From NCBI GenBank assembly GCA_963755915.1, contig CAVWLP010000002.1, positions 640,001 to 704,000 on the forward strand: DNA of 64,000 nt. Direction: 5' to 3'. The translations under genes and the position numbers were made by a program. Below the pieces are notes generated by a model. It searched no databases and was not told where the DNA came from. It saw nothing but the letters and a program-made list of their open reading frames with translations. Shown piece after piece: positions 63,775-64,000 of this stretch (position 1 is its first letter; each line of letters begins with the position of its first letter). This DNA is from an uncultured Phycisphaerales bacterium (lineage in GTDB: Bacteria > Planctomycetota > Phycisphaerae > Tepidisphaerales > Tepidisphaeraceae).

Positions 63775-64000
63775 ATGGGTCTGGCGCGGGCGGTGATTTT
63801 TGATTTGGATGAGACGCTGACGGATCGGGGGCTTTCGATCGAGCGATTTGCGCCCTATTTTGCGGCGAAATTTCGATCGGAGCTGGGGGAGGGGGAATTG
63901 GGGGAGATCGTGCGGTGCATTCGGGCGGCGGATGGGAATGGATATGCGTCGAGGGAGGAGTTGTGCGCATATTCAATCGGCGTTGCCGTGGAGGGAGCGG
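63775..64000 (+). CDS. HAD-family hydrolase, N-terminal part (runs off window edge)
   Basis: MGLARAVIFDLDETLTDR (DxDxT motif I). Confidence 0.8.
   Translation, partial: MGLARAVIFDLDETLTDRGLSIERFAPYFAAKFRSELGEGELGEIVRCIRAADGNGYASREELCAYSIGVAVEGA

Overview
High-GC bacterial chromosomal window, probably Planctomycetota (Phycisphaerae/Tepidisphaerales-like). That assignment is inferred from gene content and repeat style only. Many genes carry single-base frameshifts that look like long-read indel errors. Layout: (1) 1-24.4 kb, a minus-strand surface-polysaccharide operon with Wzc, a NusG/UpxY antiterminator, a WecA-GT4 fusion, a Wzy/WaaL-like protein, about 11 GT2/GT4 enzymes, Wzm/Wzt and a GMC oxidoreductase, behind a ~1.1 kb non-coding region. 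(2) 25.5-48.9 kb, accessory genes including GH50-like, GH95 and GH51 glycosidases, TlpA, a sigma54-preceded minimal FGE-domain gene, a PEP-CTERM repeat protein, SDR/TetR/AKR and one IS110-family (IS1111-group) element. (3) 49-58.6 kb, a second Wzx/Wzy polysaccharide cluster. (4) ppa, a UbiA-family gene, a structured RNA candidate, HU, tyrS and a HAD hydrolase. Best signal: the 3' non-coding end of the IS1111 element contains a readable bridge/seekRNA target-binding loop. Its two guides match the two halves of the actual insertion site, which is a REP-like palindrome. Also notable: a priming glycosyltransferase fused to a degenerate GGDEF domain that keeps an RxxD (c-di-GMP I-site-like) motif.
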